Origin: an uncultured Acidobacteriaceae bacterium
GTDB taxonomy: Bacteria; Acidobacteriota; Terriglobia; Terriglobales; Acidobacteriaceae
NCBI GenBank assembly: GCA_903842065.1
Contig: CAIMKZ010000076.1
Location: 30,378 to 94,377, forward strand
DNA length: 64,000 bases
Reading direction: 5' to 3'
The translations under genes and the position numbers were made by a program. Shown in pieces: positions 28,321 to 37,972 of this stretch (positions are counted from its first letter, which is position 1; each line of letters opens with the position of its first letter). Under the pieces are notes generated by a model. The model made no database searches, had not been told where the DNA came from, and was given only the letters and a program-made list of their open reading frames with translations.

Positions 28321-29343
28321 ATGAGGCAGAAGACGGTGATTCGATGGATGTGCTTCGTGGCGGTGGTCTGCGTCGCGTTGACGGCAGGGGCGCAGAAGCC
28401 GAAGAAGGACGAGACTGTAAAGCCGATGGCGGGGCCGCGGGCTACGGCTCTTGCCGTTACCACGCTGAATGTTTCGGCGAATGGTGACGCTGCGCGTGTG
28501 GGCAAGGTGCAGATAGGCCGGGAGATGGTGGTGGCCGGCAGGAGCGGGGAATGGCTTAAGGTCTATGCCAATACCGACATAGCGGAGATGCAGGATGACC
28601 GCGATGAGCCGATGGTAGGCGAGGATTCGACGCCGCCGCCGATCTCGGGCTGGGTTCGGGCCAAGGGGATCGTGGTGGAGGATACGGCGAACGGCGACCA
28701 GATCGTGATGGGCACAGCGGCGAACGAGGAGGCATTGGCATCTGACCCGCGTGGGCCGGTGAACGCGGCGGCGGCGGCGAGGCTGCTCTACCGGCGGGTG
28801 ATGGAGATGTTCCCGAACTCGCCTCTGGCTCCGGAGGCGGCGTGGCGTTCGGCCGACATTCAGTGGCAGATTGAGAAGTCAGACAACGCGACGCTGGCTT
28901 CGAACCGTGAGCGCGATCCTAGTCTGCGGCCGGAGATGAAGGACAGCGAACTGAAGAAGGTGATCAAGCAATATCCGCGGACGCGGTGGGCGGCGCTTGC
29001 TGCCTTCGACCTGATCGACGCGAAGCTGTGCGGGCAGTGGGAGGGCAGGACAGAGTGTCCGGCGAAGGAGTCAGACGTCTACCTGAAATACGCCGAGGAT
29101 TATCCTGACGGTCCGCGTACGGCTAGGGCGCTGTACGAGGCGGCTTACAGGCTGGCGGTGCTTACCAACATGTACCAGGGAGAAAACAACGAGGGGAAGA
29201 GCCGCGATGCGCATCAGCGGGCGAGCGAGATAGCGGCCCGTCTGCGGACGCGGTTTGCCGATTCTGAGTACAGCTGGCGAGCCGGTTCTCTGGTCTACAA
29301 GCTCGATCAGGGCGTGCCTGTGTACGGGATCGACCTGAATTAG
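28321..29343 (+). CDS. Secreted hypothetical protein (SH3-like N-terminus, TPR-like helical C-terminus)
   Basis: Signal peptide; GKVQIGREMVVAGRSGEWLKV...SGWV; YRRVMEMFPNSPLAPEAAW, YPDGPRTARALY. Confidence 0.6.
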   Translation: MRQKTVIRWMCFVAVVCVALTAGAQKPKKDETVKPMAGPRATALAVTTLNVSANGDAARVGKVQIGREMVVAGRSGEWLKVYANTDIAEMQDDRDEPMVGEDSTPPPISGWVRAKGIVVEDTANGDQIVMGTAANEEALASDPRGPVNAAAAARLLYRRVMEMFPNSPLAPEAAWRSADIQWQIEKSDNATLASNRERDPSLRPEMKDSELKKVIKQYPRTRWAALAAFDLIDAKLCGQWEGRTECPAKESDVYLKYAEDYPDGPRTARALYEAAYRLAVLTNMYQGENNEGKSRDAHQRASEIAARLRTRFADSEYSWRAGSLVYKLDQGVPVYGIDLN

Positions 29344-29556
29344 GACAAGGGCCTTGCGGCGGGTTATTCTCGTAGATGAGGCGCCGAATACTGCGTTTTC
29401 ATCCTGGAATCAAATACGCGGAGTAGATTGCGTAAGTATCGGTGCGCCATACCCCTGGGCGCGGCATCCGCAGGCGCGGGCAGAGACAACGCAGCCAGTC
29501 CGGTACGCCTGTCCAGTAGATAGCAGCCACGAATTTTCAGCGGTTCGGGAGGATGA

Positions 29557-30462
29557 GTGAATCCCTATTTCATGTCGGTATTGTTGGGCATTGTGGAAGG
29601 CCTGACGGAGTTTCTGCCCGTAAGTTCGACGGCGCATCTGCGCATCAGCGAGGCGCTGCTGCATGTACCGTTGAGTCCGGCGGCGTGCCAGGTGGGCGAT
29701 ACGCTGTGTTTGCAGGATGTTTCGTACTGGGCGATGTACACGATCGTGATCCAGGCGGGCGCGATTCTGGCGCTGTGCCTGCTTTTCCTGAGCAGGATTC
29801 TAGGCTTTGTGCGCACGTTCCCACGCGGGGAAGAGGGCAACAGTTCGTGGTGGAATCACCCGATCACGATAACCGCAGTGGCTTTTGTGGTGACGGCCGT
29901 GCTGTCGCTCGGAGCACATAAGTGGAGCGAGAAGAATCTTGGCAGCCTGAACGCGATGGCTCTGGCGCTGGTGGTTGGTGGCGTGATCATGTGGATGGTG
30001 GACGTGTGGGCGGATCGGAGAGAACCCGGCACCGAGCATGTGGAACAGATGAATATACTACAGGGCATCTGGATCGGTTTCTGCCAGACGGCCTCGGCGG
30101 TGTTTCCCGGGATGTCGCGCTCGATGTCGACGATCGCGGCCGGGCAGCTGACCGGGCTTGACCGGCCAACGGCTCTCGAGTTCAGCTTTCTGGTTTCGAT
30201 TCCGACGATGATCGCGGCAACGGGCTGGGATCTGGTCAAGGAAGTCCACCACAAGGCCGGCGAGGCTTCGGCGCAGGTAGAGATGAACCAGGACCGGTGG
30301 CTGATTCTGCTTATCGGCTTTGTTGTCTCGTTTCTGGTGGCGCTGGGCGTGGTGGAGTGGTTCCTTGCCTGGGTGCGCCGTCGCGGTTTCACGATCTTCG
30401 CTGTGTACCGGATACTGCTGGGCCTTGTGCTATTGATCTGGGGCTCAAAGATCATCGGGTAG
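29557..30462 (+). CDS. uppP: Undecaprenyl-diphosphate phosphatase
   Basis: GIVEGLTEFLPVSSTAHL, FPGMSRSMST, EFSFLVSIP, FAVYRI. Confidence 0.95.
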   Translation: MNPYFMSVLLGIVEGLTEFLPVSSTAHLRISEALLHVPLSPAACQVGDTLCLQDVSYWAMYTIVIQAGAILALCLLFLSRILGFVRTFPRGEEGNSSWWNHPITITAVAFVVTAVLSLGAHKWSEKNLGSLNAMALALVVGGVIMWMVDVWADRREPGTEHVEQMNILQGIWIGFCQTASAVFPGMSRSMSTIAAGQLTGLDRPTALEFSFLVSIPTMIAATGWDLVKEVHHKAGEASAQVEMNQDRWLILLIGFVVSFLVALGVVEWFLAWVRRRGFTIFAVYRILLGLVLLIWGSKIIG

Positions 30463-30491
30463 CAGGTAAGCAAGTTGACCAGAGGATTCAG

Positions 30492-30528
30492 GCGGGGGTG
30501 GACAGTATGGTTCCCCCCGCTTTGTTTT
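30492..30528 (+). terminator. Candidate intrinsic terminator after uppP
   Basis: GCGGGGGTGGAC-AGTATG-GTTCCCCCCGC followed by TTTGTTTT. Confidence 0.55.
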
Positions 30529-30650
30529 GCCTGGAAGCGGGCTCAGGGGCCGAGATAATTAGAAATGCTCTGGGACTCGCCTGCCTGCGACCGTCCGCTG
30601 GAGGCGGCAATGTGCGCCCCGGGACACTGCGCAAGCGGAGACGCCCTGCC

Positions 30651-33278
30651 ATGAAACCGATCACGATAGTCCTCGCGCCTACTCGCAGCCGCGCAGCGAA
30701 CATCTTTCTGGGGATGGTGCTGCTGCTCGTCTCGGTTCTGCTGTTTTTAGCACTGGCGACCTACCATGCCTCCGATCCCTCACTGAATACAGCCTCTGCT
30801 GTGGCGGGCCCGCGCGCGATTGAGAACTGGGCGGGCGTCTTCGGGGCGTATCTGAGCGATCTGATGTTACAGGCGTTTGGCGTGGCCGCGTTTTTTCTGC
30901 CGTTGTGGATGGCGCGGATCGGCTGGACGTGGATGCGCTCGCGGCCAAGCGGCTCGGCGTGGCTGAGCTGGACCGGGATTCTGCTAACGCTGGTGTTTGT
31001 GCCCACCGTGGTTGCTCTGATGCCATGGCGCTGGCTGTGGATGCACCAGGTGGCGGCCGAGGGAGTGGTCGGCAGGCTGATGTCCGCGATGCTGGTGGCT
31101 TACCTGAATGTGCAGGGCTCGTGGATTGTGGCGGCTGTGCTGTCTTTTGTGGGCATCTACTTTGCGCTGGCCATCAGCTTCGGGGCAATCTGGGAGTCGA
31201 TTGAGTATCGCTGGCAGCGTGTGATGAACCTGCTGGATCGGTGGCGGAACTGGCGTGAGGAGCGGGCCGAACTGCAGGCCGAGCAGTACGTGGAGCACGG
31301 CGCGGCGTTCCGTGAAGAAGAAGAGTTGCATCCGCTGTCGGGTTCAGGTCTGGTGGAAGAGAAGCCGAAGGGGCGGTGGTTTGCCCGTTGGTTCCGGGGC
31401 AGGAAGGCCGCGGATGTCGATCCGATCGAGGATGTGCCTGCCTTCCGGCGCGCGCCGATCGAATACGGAGGCGGCGAGTCCGCTGCGATCATGTCGCGAC
31501 AAACGGCAAGGCCCGCCTGGACTCCCGCGGAGCCTGCGCGGCGAGAGGTTGAGACAGTTGCTATGCCGGCCGCGGTTTCAGCAGCAGAGCTTACGCCGGC
31601 AGAACGCGTGGAAGACTGGCTGATGGGCAGGGAACCAGTGGAAGCCCCGCGCGCGATTGAGCCGGAACCTATGCCAGAGCCAGTGCCCATGGCTGAACCG
31701 GTTCGCGCGGCAGCGCCGGCTCCGGCGAAGCAGCGGACCGGAATCGAGATCAACGAGCGGGCCGACGCCGAGGTGCGCACAAAAACTGTGGCGGCGAAGA
31801 ACGTGAGCGGATTCCGTTTGCCGCCGAGTACGCTGCTGACCGAGGGCGAGGGGCCGCAGGCCGTTCGCGAAGAGGCTCTGCGCGACGAGGCGCGGGTGCT
31901 GGTGGAGAAGTGCTCCGAGTTCGGCGTACACGGGCAGGTGGTGCAGATCAACCCCGGTCCGATGGTGACTACCTACGAGTTCAAGCCGGATGCGGGCGTG
32001 AAGTACTCGCGGGTGACGAGCCTGGGCGACGATCTGTGCCTGGCGATGCGAGCCGAGAGCATTCTGATTGAAAGAATGCCGGGCAAGAATACGGTAGGCA
32101 TCCAGGTTCCGAACTACGAGCGCGAGACGATTCACCTGCGCGACGTAATAGAGAGCGAGACGTTCATCAAAGCCAAGTCGCGGCTGACGCTGGCCATGGG
32201 CAAGGATATTAACGGGCGCATTGTGACGGCGGATCTGTCGACGATGCCGCATGTGCTGATCGCGGGTTCGACGGGCTCGGGCAAGTCGGTGGCGATCAAC
32301 GCCATGATCATGAGCCTGCTCTACCGCACGACGCCGAGCCAGGTGCGCTTGATTCTTGTGGACCCCAAGCGCGTGGAACTTGGCATGTACGAGGGGATTC
32401 CTCACCTGTTCACGCCGATCATCACTGAGCCCAAGCTGGCCGCGAACGCGCTGCGCAACGCGGTGCGGGAGATGGAGCGGCGGCTGAGGCTGCTGGCATC
32501 GAGAAGCGTGCGCAACATCGACCAGTACAACAAATTGTTCGAGAGCTCCGCGCCTTCACTCTTTGGACCGGAGGATGGGCAGGAAGAAGAGAGTCCTCTG
32601 CCGTTCATCGTGATCATCATCGACGAGCTGGCAGACTTGATGATGCTGGACCGGTCGAACGTCGAGGAGAGCATCACACGGCTTGCGCAGATGGCGCGCG
32701 CGGTGGGGATACATCTGATTCTGGCTACGCAGCGGCCGAGCGTGGACGTGATTACTGGGCTGATCAAGGCCAACGTGCCGACGCGGATCAGCTTCCGACT
32801 GGCGACGAAGGTGGATTCGCGCACGATTCTGGACACGAACGGGGCCGAGGCGCTGCTGGGACGCGGCGATTTACTGTTTCTGCCGCCGGGGACGAGCCGG
32901 CTGATGCGTCTGCATGCGCCGTATGTAAGCGAGAAGGAGACGGCGGCGGTGGTGGGCTTCTGGAAGGAGCAGGGCGCGGCCGAGTACGTCCAAGGTTTCC
33001 TTGAATCACCGAAGGAAGAGGCTGGCGCAGTAGAGGGTTCGAACGGAGAGAACAGCGACGATCCGATGATGGACGACGCGATACGGCTGGTCTTTGAGTT
33101 CGGCAAGGCGTCGACGTCTCTGTTGCAGCGGCGGCTGAGGATTGGATATGGCCGCGCGGCGCACCTGATCGATTTGATGGAGCAGGACGGGCTGGTTGGT
33201 CCGGCCGACGGCTCGCGGCCCCGCGAGCTGCTGAAGGCGCCGGGATGGCTGCATGAGATTCCGGCGGTGAATGAGTAA
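30651..33278 (+). CDS. ftsK: DNA translocase FtsK
   Basis: N-terminal TMs (YHASDP, NWAGVFGAYLSD), Walker A IAGSTGSGKS, IIDELADLM, LATQRPSVDV, gamma domain STSLLQRRLRIGYGRAA. Confidence 0.96.
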   Translation: MKPITIVLAPTRSRAANIFLGMVLLLVSVLLFLALATYHASDPSLNTASAVAGPRAIENWAGVFGAYLSDLMLQAFGVAAFFLPLWMARIGWTWMRSRPSGSAWLSWTGILLTLVFVPTVVALMPWRWLWMHQVAAEGVVGRLMSAMLVAYLNVQGSWIVAAVLSFVGIYFALAISFGAIWESIEYRWQRVMNLLDRWRNWREERAELQAEQYVEHGAAFREEEELHPLSGSGLVEEKPKGRWFARWFRGRKAADVDPIEDVPAFRRAPIEYGGGESAAIMSRQTARPAWTPAEPARREVETVAMPAAVSAAELTPAERVEDWLMGREPVEAPRAIEPEPMPEPVPMAEPVRAAAPAPAKQRTGIEINERADAEVRTKTVAAKNVSGFRLPPSTLLTEGEGPQAVREEALRDEARVLVEKCSEFGVHGQVVQINPGPMVTTYEFKPDAGVKYSRVTSLGDDLCLAMRAESILIERMPGKNTVGIQVPNYERETIHLRDVIESETFIKAKSRLTLAMGKDINGRIVTADLSTMPHVLIAGSTGSGKSVAINAMIMSLLYRTTPSQVRLILVDPKRVELGMYEGIPHLFTPIITEPKLAANALRNAVREMERRLRLLASRSVRNIDQYNKLFESSAPSLFGPEDGQEEESPLPFIVIIIDELADLMMLDRSNVEESITRLAQMARAVGIHLILATQRPSVDVITGLIKANVPTRISFRLATKVDSRTILDTNGAEALLGRGDLLFLPPGTSRLMRLHAPYVSEKETAAVVGFWKEQGAAEYVQGFLESPKEEAGAVEGSNGENSDDPMMDDAIRLVFEFGKASTSLLQRRLRIGYGRAAHLIDLMEQDGLVGPADGSRPRELLKAPGWLHEIPAVNE

Positions 33279-33281
33279 GAG

Positions 33282-33316
33282 CAGCCTCTAGCTGCCAGCT
33301 CTTGGCTTTCAGCTTG
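33282..33316 (+). repeat. Heptameric AGCT-type repeat after ftsK stop
   Basis: cagcctc tagctgc cagctct tggcttt cagcttg. Confidence 0.75.
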
Positions 33317-33337
33317 TTTCTTGGAGGGCATAGGGTT

Positions 33338-33384
33338 ATGCGCCCCACCCTGACGACTAAGTGTGTCGTTAGGGTGGGGCGCAT
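33338..33384. repeat. Long palindrome between convergent ftsK and dsbA-like gene (REP-like and/or terminator)
   Basis: ATGCGCCCCACCCT-GACGAC-TAAGTGT-GTCGTT-AGGGTGGGGCGCAT. Confidence 0.75.
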
Positions 33385-33424
33385 ATATTTTGGGGTTGAG
33401 ATTCTGGGTGAGGGTCGAGCTTAG

Positions 33425-34381
33425 CTAGTTTGCCGGTTTTGCGGGTTGGGCGGCGGGTGCGGGCGGCGGCGGGGGCTCTATGCCGCGGGCGCGCAGAGCG
33501 CGATCGATAGAGGCCCAGAGCTGCGAAGCGGGTACAGCGCCGCCGATTCGCTCGCCATCGACCCAGAGGTTTGGAGTGCCGGAGATGCCGAGCGACTCGC
33601 CCTCGGTCATGGAGGCGCGGATACGGGTCTGGTCCTGCTTGGCGAGGCAGGCGTCGAGGGCGGCTGCGTCGAGTTTGGCGATGGTTGCATGCTGGCGGGC
33701 GATGCGGTCCAGAGCGGCTGCGCTCTTTGCCGGATCACGGTCGGGGCCGGTGACTTCCTCACCGTGGGCGTGGAGGTAGTCAACGTAGGCCCAGTAGACG
33801 GGTGTGCTCTGGGAGGCGATGCAGTTGGCATCGACGGCGGCGCGCATGGCCCAGGGATGGATCTCGGTAAGCGGGAAGTCCTTGTAGATAACCCGGACTA
33901 GGCCCTTGTAGTGGTCGGCGGTGGTGGGGAAGAGCTCCTCGTGCATGCGGCCGCAGTATGGGCACTCGAGATCGTCGTAATTGATGATGGTGACGGGCGC
34001 GTTCTCGGGTCCGCGGATGGGGCGGCCTGCGAGGTCGATGGAGTCGCCGGGAGTGTGGGTGAGGTCGAGGGTGTCGAGGCGGGCGAGCTTGGAGTTATCG
34101 GTGGTGATCAGGAAAGAGAGCTTCTGGCTCATGCCGGCGCGGGAGATGGTAACGGGCAGATTCTGGTAGCCGTTAATGTCGCTTGGCGTACGCTCACCGA
34201 TGGCGAGATCGACGTCGGGTGGCAGGTCGTACTGCGAGCGGATGAGCACCTCGATGCGGCGGTTGAGAGCGGCGCTGGGGCCGGGAGGCGGCGTCTGCGC
34301 GCGGCAGCCGATGACGAGAGCAAGCAAGATGAATGAAGCCAGATAGCGACGAAGGGACAAGGCGGTTTCCTCTCTTGGCAA
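33425..34381 (-). CDS. DsbA/DsbG-family thioredoxin-fold lipoprotein
   Basis: Lipobox-like LVIGC, GPENAPVTIINYDDLECPYC, KDFPL..IHPWA, GISGTP. Confidence 0.88.
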   Translation of the reverse strand: MPREETALSLRRYLASFILLALVIGCRAQTPPPGPSAALNRRIEVLIRSQYDLPPDVDLAIGERTPSDINGYQNLPVTISRAGMSQKLSFLITTDNSKLARLDTLDLTHTPGDSIDLAGRPIRGPENAPVTIINYDDLECPYCGRMHEELFPTTADHYKGLVRVIYKDFPLTEIHPWAMRAAVDANCIASQSTPVYWAYVDYLHAHGEEVTGPDRDPAKSAAALDRIARQHATIAKLDAAALDACLAKQDQTRIRASMTEGESLGISGTPNLWVDGERIGGAVPASQLWASIDRALRARGIEPPPPPAPAAQPAKPAN

Positions 34382-34394
34382 GGATAACGCACGG

Positions 34395-34417
34395 GGGACT
34401 GAGGGACTTGGGGATTA
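34395..34417 (-). repeat. GGGACT octamer repeat at plsX stop
   Basis: gggactga gggacttg ggatta. Confidence 0.65.
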
Positions 34418-35446
34418 GTTGGATTCGGGGGCGGGGGTGTTGATGGCCTGGCTGGCGAGTTCTTCTTCAATGCACTGGTTTGCTCCGGAGCGGGCGAACT
34501 CGGCTGCGACGCGGATGCCGTTGTAGATGGCGCGGTCGTTTGAGGAGCCGTGTCCAATGACGCAGACGCCGCGGACGCCGAGCAGGGGTGCGCCGCCGTA
34601 TTCGGTGTAGTCGAGGCGGCGGCGGAAGTCGTTGAACGCCTTGCGGGCGAGCAGCGCGCCTACCTTGGCCTTGATGGTTCTGGTGAGGGACTCGCGGAGC
34701 ACGTCGCGGACGAAGCGGGCCACGCCCTCGCTGGTCTTGAGGGCGACGTTGCCAACGAAGCCGTCGCAGACGATGACGTCGGCGTTGCCGTTGTAGATGT
34801 CGCGTCCCTCTACGTTGCCGATGAAGTTGAAGGGCAGCTGCTTGAGGAGGGCGAAGGCCTCGTGAGTGAGGTCGTTGCCTTTTGATTCTTCTTCGCCGAT
34901 GGAGAGCAGTCCGACGCGGGGGCTATCGATCTTGAGAACGCTGCGTGCGTAGACCTCTCCCATGACGGCGAATTGTGCGAGGTTGCGGGCTTTGCAGTCG
35001 ACGGTAGCGCCGACGTCGAGCAGGACGCAGGGGTTGCCCTTGGTGGTTGGCATGGGAGTGGCGAGAGCCGGGCGATCGACGCCGGGCAGTCCGCCGAGAA
35101 CCATCTTTGCCGAGGCCATGGCCGCACCGGTGTTTCCGGCGGTAAAGAAGCCGCCGCAGACGCCTTCGCGAACAAGCTTGAGGCCGACGCGGATGGAGGA
35201 GTCTTTCTTGGAACGGACTGCCGTAGCAGCCTTCTCATCCATGGCGATGCGCTCGGTAGCGTTGTGAATGACGATGGGCAGGCGTCCGGCGCCGGGGTGC
35301 TTCAGGAGAAGCGCACGCAACTCCTCCTCCGGGCCCACTAGATGGACTCGGACGGGGAGAGAACGGCACGCCATGATAGCGCCCCGGATCTCTGGATCCG
35401 GAGCCTGGTCAGTGCCTACGGCGTCTAACGCTACGTCTGTGAGCAT
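34415..35446 (-). CDS. plsX: Phosphate acyltransferase
   Basis: [24 protein letters not shown]-like, [29 protein letters not shown]. Confidence 0.95.
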   Translation of the reverse strand: MLTDVALDAVGTDQAPDPEIRGAIMACRSLPVRVHLVGPEEELRALLLKHPGAGRLPIVIHNATERIAMDEKAATAVRSKKDSSIRVGLKLVREGVCGGFFTAGNTGAAMASAKMVLGGLPGVDRPALATPMPTTKGNPCVLLDVGATVDCKARNLAQFAVMGEVYARSVLKIDSPRVGLLSIGEEESKGNDLTHEAFALLKQLPFNFIGNVEGRDIYNGNADVIVCDGFVGNVALKTSEGVARFVRDVLRESLTRTIKAKVGALLARKAFNDFRRRLDYTEYGGAPLLGVRGVCVIGHGSSNDRAIYNGIRVAAEFARSGANQCIEEELASQAINTPAPESN

Positions 35447-35473
35447 GGGTTGAACCGGAGTAATTGCCCGGGG

Positions 35474-35662
35474 CTACTTCTCGGCTTCCTTAACGTCGAG
35501 AACGGCGCGACCCTTGTATGCACCGCACTTGGGGCAGGCGCGATGGGGGAGCTTCTTCTCATGGCAGCTGGGGCACTCGGAGACGCCAACAGCGGTGAGG
35601 AAGTCGTGGGCACGGCGGGTGGCAGTACGGCGCGTGGAGTGGCGCCTCTTCGGATTCGGCAT
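35474..35662 (-). CDS. rpmF: 50S ribosomal protein L32
   Basis: MPNPKRRHS...CPSC...HRACPKCGAY. Confidence 0.96.
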   Translation of the reverse strand: MPNPKRRHSTRRTATRRAHDFLTAVGVSECPSCHEKKLPHRACPKCGAYKGRAVLDVKEAEK

Positions 35663-35749
35663 GGTAGATCCCTCTCAGTTAAACTTCCCGGAGCAAAATC
35701 TGCCGCGACGCGCGATGGCGGGTGGCACAGTACACGGGAAGCGGATTTC

Positions 35750-36301
35750 TCAGGACTTGACCTGGCCTCGCAAACCAGACAGCGCCGCCCAGCGGGGGTC
35801 GTTAGGACCCACATCGCAACCGCAAGCCTGCTGATTTCGGTTTGCGCCGCATCGCGGGCAAAGTCCTTTGCAATCGGGCTTGCATAGAATCCGGGCGGGC
35901 AGGGCCAATAAAACCTGCTCGCGCAGAACATCCTCAAGCGCAAGACTGTCTTTATGATAATAACCGATTTCGGTCTCTGGTGCGGTGATAGAACGCTCGG
36001 CGGGACCCGGGTCGGCACCGATGGGGCGGAAGATAAGGTCGTAGTCGCCTTCGAGTGGCATCTCGACAGGCTCGACGCAGCGGGCGCAGGGGAGGACGAA
36101 TCTGCTGGAGTAACGACCGCGGAGGCGGACGTCGGCGACGATATCCTTGGGGCCGCGGTGCTCATGAATGACTTCTGCACAGCCTGAGGCGGCCAGAGGA
36201 CCGGCTTGTGTGGCCTCTTCTCCAAAGTCGATGGCGCCCGGGGCGAGGGCTAGGTCGTAGTCGATAGGCTCTTTTTCGAGGTCGACGATGCGGAATTCCA
36301 T
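35750..36301 (-). CDS. yceD: YceD/DUF177 family protein
   Basis: CARCVEP, EQVLLALP, CKPDCKGLCPRCG, DPRWAAL; canonical position before rpmF-plsX. Confidence 0.92.
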   Translation of the reverse strand: MEFRIVDLEKEPIDYDLALAPGAIDFGEEATQAGPLAASGCAEVIHEHRGPKDIVADVRLRGRYSSRFVLPCARCVEPVEMPLEGDYDLIFRPIGADPGPAERSITAPETEIGYYHKDSLALEDVLREQVLLALPARILCKPDCKGLCPRCGANRNQQACGCDVGPNDPRWAALSGLRGQVKS

Positions 36302-36307
36302 AAAGAG

Positions 36308-36313
36308 AGATTA
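36308..36313 (-). promoter_or_regulatory. Candidate -10 box (TAATCT) 6 nt before yceD ATG; leaderless-type
   Basis: Minus strand TAATCT-ctcttt-ATG. Confidence 0.45.
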
Positions 36314-36353
36314 CACCCGGCGGCGGTGGAGAAATCGGGACGGAATAGGCGCG

Positions 36354-36385
36354 GGTGGTTAGGTGGTTAAGTGGTTAGGTGGCCA
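36354..36385. repeat. Octameric GGTGGTTA repeat x4
   Basis: ggtggtta ggtggtta agtggtta ggtggcca. Confidence 0.8.
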
Positions 36386-36425
36386 GGTGTTGCCGGATCA
36401 GGGCATTGTGGACGATTCTGGATTC

Positions 36426-36938
36426 ATGGCAGATGAAGTGGGAGTTGGGGAAGGTGGAGTGGTCTTTCGAGTGGCGAATGCAGCCGATGGGCCACGACTG
36501 ATCGAGATGATCAACGCGGCGTTCCAGATCGAGGCGTTCGTAGGCGGGACGCGGACCGACGCGGAGCGGCTGGCGCGAAGTATGGAAACGGGCGAGATTC
36601 TGCTGGCCGAGGACGGTGCGGGCAGGATGCTGGGCTCGGTGTACATGGAGCGCAAAGGCCGGCGGGGTTTTCTGGGGATGCTGGCGGTAGACCCGGCCGA
36701 GCAGCGGCGGGGAGTGGCGCGGATGCTGCTGGAGGAGGCCGAGAGGCGGCTCCGGGCCGAGGGGCTGGAGGCCGCGGACATCATGGTTCTGAACCTGCGG
36801 CCGGAATTGCTGCCGGTGTACGAGCGGATGGGCTACGAGGTACAGGGAAGGAAAGAAGTGAAGCTGGGCCGGCCGCTCAAAGACGGGTTGGAGTGCTGGG
36901 GACTGGTGATGAGCAAGAAACTAGACGCAGCGAGTTGA
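36426..36938 (+). CDS. GNAT family N-acetyltransferase
   Basis: LAVDPAEQRRGVARMLL motif A, YERMGY motif B. Confidence 0.9.
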   Translation: MADEVGVGEGGVVFRVANAADGPRLIEMINAAFQIEAFVGGTRTDAERLARSMETGEILLAEDGAGRMLGSVYMERKGRRGFLGMLAVDPAEQRRGVARMLLEEAERRLRAEGLEAADIMVLNLRPELLPVYERMGYEVQGRKEVKLGRPLKDGLECWGLVMSKKLDAAS

Positions 36939-36994
36939 GGATTAGATAGTTGGTGGCCTGATCCATCTATCTTCTTTTTGAACGAGACCGCGGA

Positions 36995-37606
36995 TTGCAG
37001 CAGTGGAGGGAGTTCGCTTTGGATGCAACAGAGAGTTTGGCCGTTGTCCGGGCCTGGCGCAAAGCGAAACGAGCTGAGTTGCTGAAAGCGCGTTCCGGGC
37101 TTATGCCCGAGACATACCAGAAATACAGCCGTAAGGTAAACCAATGCCTGATCGACAACGTGCGCGATTTATGCTCAGGTACGGTTGGCCTGTATTGGCC
37201 GTTTCGCGGCGAAATCGATCTACTGCCATTTGCCAACAAGGTCTATGAGTGGGGTGGATCGATAGCGCTGCCCGTTGTCGTGGGCAAAGGTCAGCCCCTT
37301 GAATTTCGCCGTTGGAAAGTAGGCGATGATCTGCAAGAGGGTGTGCTGGGCATTCCCTTTCCAGCGCATGGCGCAAAGGTTGAGCCCTCAACATTTGTAA
37401 TTCCGGTGGTCGCCTTCGATCGAGAATTTTTCAGACTGGGCTATGGTGCCGGGTACTACGACCGAACGCTGGGTGTTGCGCCCCATCGGCCGACCGCTAT
37501 TGGAGTCGGCTTTGAACTCTCCAGGGTAGAAACCATCTACCCACAGGCACACGACGTCCCGATGGACATGATCGTAACCGAACTTGGATTACAGCGCCGG
37601 TCATAG
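36995..37606 (+). CDS. 5-formyltetrahydrofolate cyclo-ligase
   Basis: LYWPFRGEID, ALPVV, VIPVVAFD...RLGYGAGYYDRTL, IYPQAHDVPMDMIVTE. Confidence 0.9.
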   Translation: MQQWREFALDATESLAVVRAWRKAKRAELLKARSGLMPETYQKYSRKVNQCLIDNVRDLCSGTVGLYWPFRGEIDLLPFANKVYEWGGSIALPVVVGKGQPLEFRRWKVGDDLQEGVLGIPFPAHGAKVEPSTFVIPVVAFDREFFRLGYGAGYYDRTLGVAPHRPTAIGVGFELSRVETIYPQAHDVPMDMIVTELGLQRRS

Positions 37607-37747
37607 GACACGCCGGAGAGAGTCCGCGAACGTCAGAACTATGATTCCAGCAGTCAAAAACTGCTGATACCTGTGGCCTGCCCGATTCTTTGTACCAGTA
37701 GCGGTGATAGGGTAGCGCAGATCTGGACGGGGTCTGGACTGAAATCC

Positions 37748-37824
37748 TGGTGGCGGAGGACGGGATCGAACCGTCGACCTTGGGGTTATGAATCCCACGC
37801 TCTAACCATCTGAGCTACTCCGCC
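37748..37824 (-). tRNA. tRNA-Met(CAT), elongator-like, CCA encoded
   Basis: GGCGGAGTAGCTCAGATGGTTAGAGCGTGGGATTCATAACCCCAAGGTCGACGGTTCGATCCCGTCCTCCGCCACCA folds as a cloverleaf; Ile2(CAT) not formally excluded. Confidence 0.95.
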
Positions 37825-37959
37825 GGGAGTGAAGGACACGCGAACCTGGGGATGGAACACAAGGCGATTCGCGAGGTGCTGCTCTCTCGATGATAAGGGT
37901 CGTTGGACCCTGAGGTCAAACCCGCGAATGGGCGCGGGCGGCGAGCAGGGCTGGTCTTG

Positions 37960-37965
37960 TAAACT
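37960..37965 (+). promoter_or_regulatory. Candidate -10 box (TAAACT) 7 nt before kdsB ATG; leaderless-type
   Basis: TAAACT-cggctgc-ATG. Confidence 0.45.
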
Positions 37966-37972
37966 CGGCTGC

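Noticed and set aside
36939-36994. 6S RNA, often upstream of 5-formyl-THF cyclo-ligase
   Set aside because: The gap is only ~55 bp, too short for 6S RNA.
37829-37972. Extended kdsB N-terminus in the track (likewise 9005 kdsC, 13044 sigma, 30297 ftsK, 22967-23152 carbonic anhydrase)
   Set aside because: Extensions lack family similarity; better starts with SD or -10 signals lie downstream.
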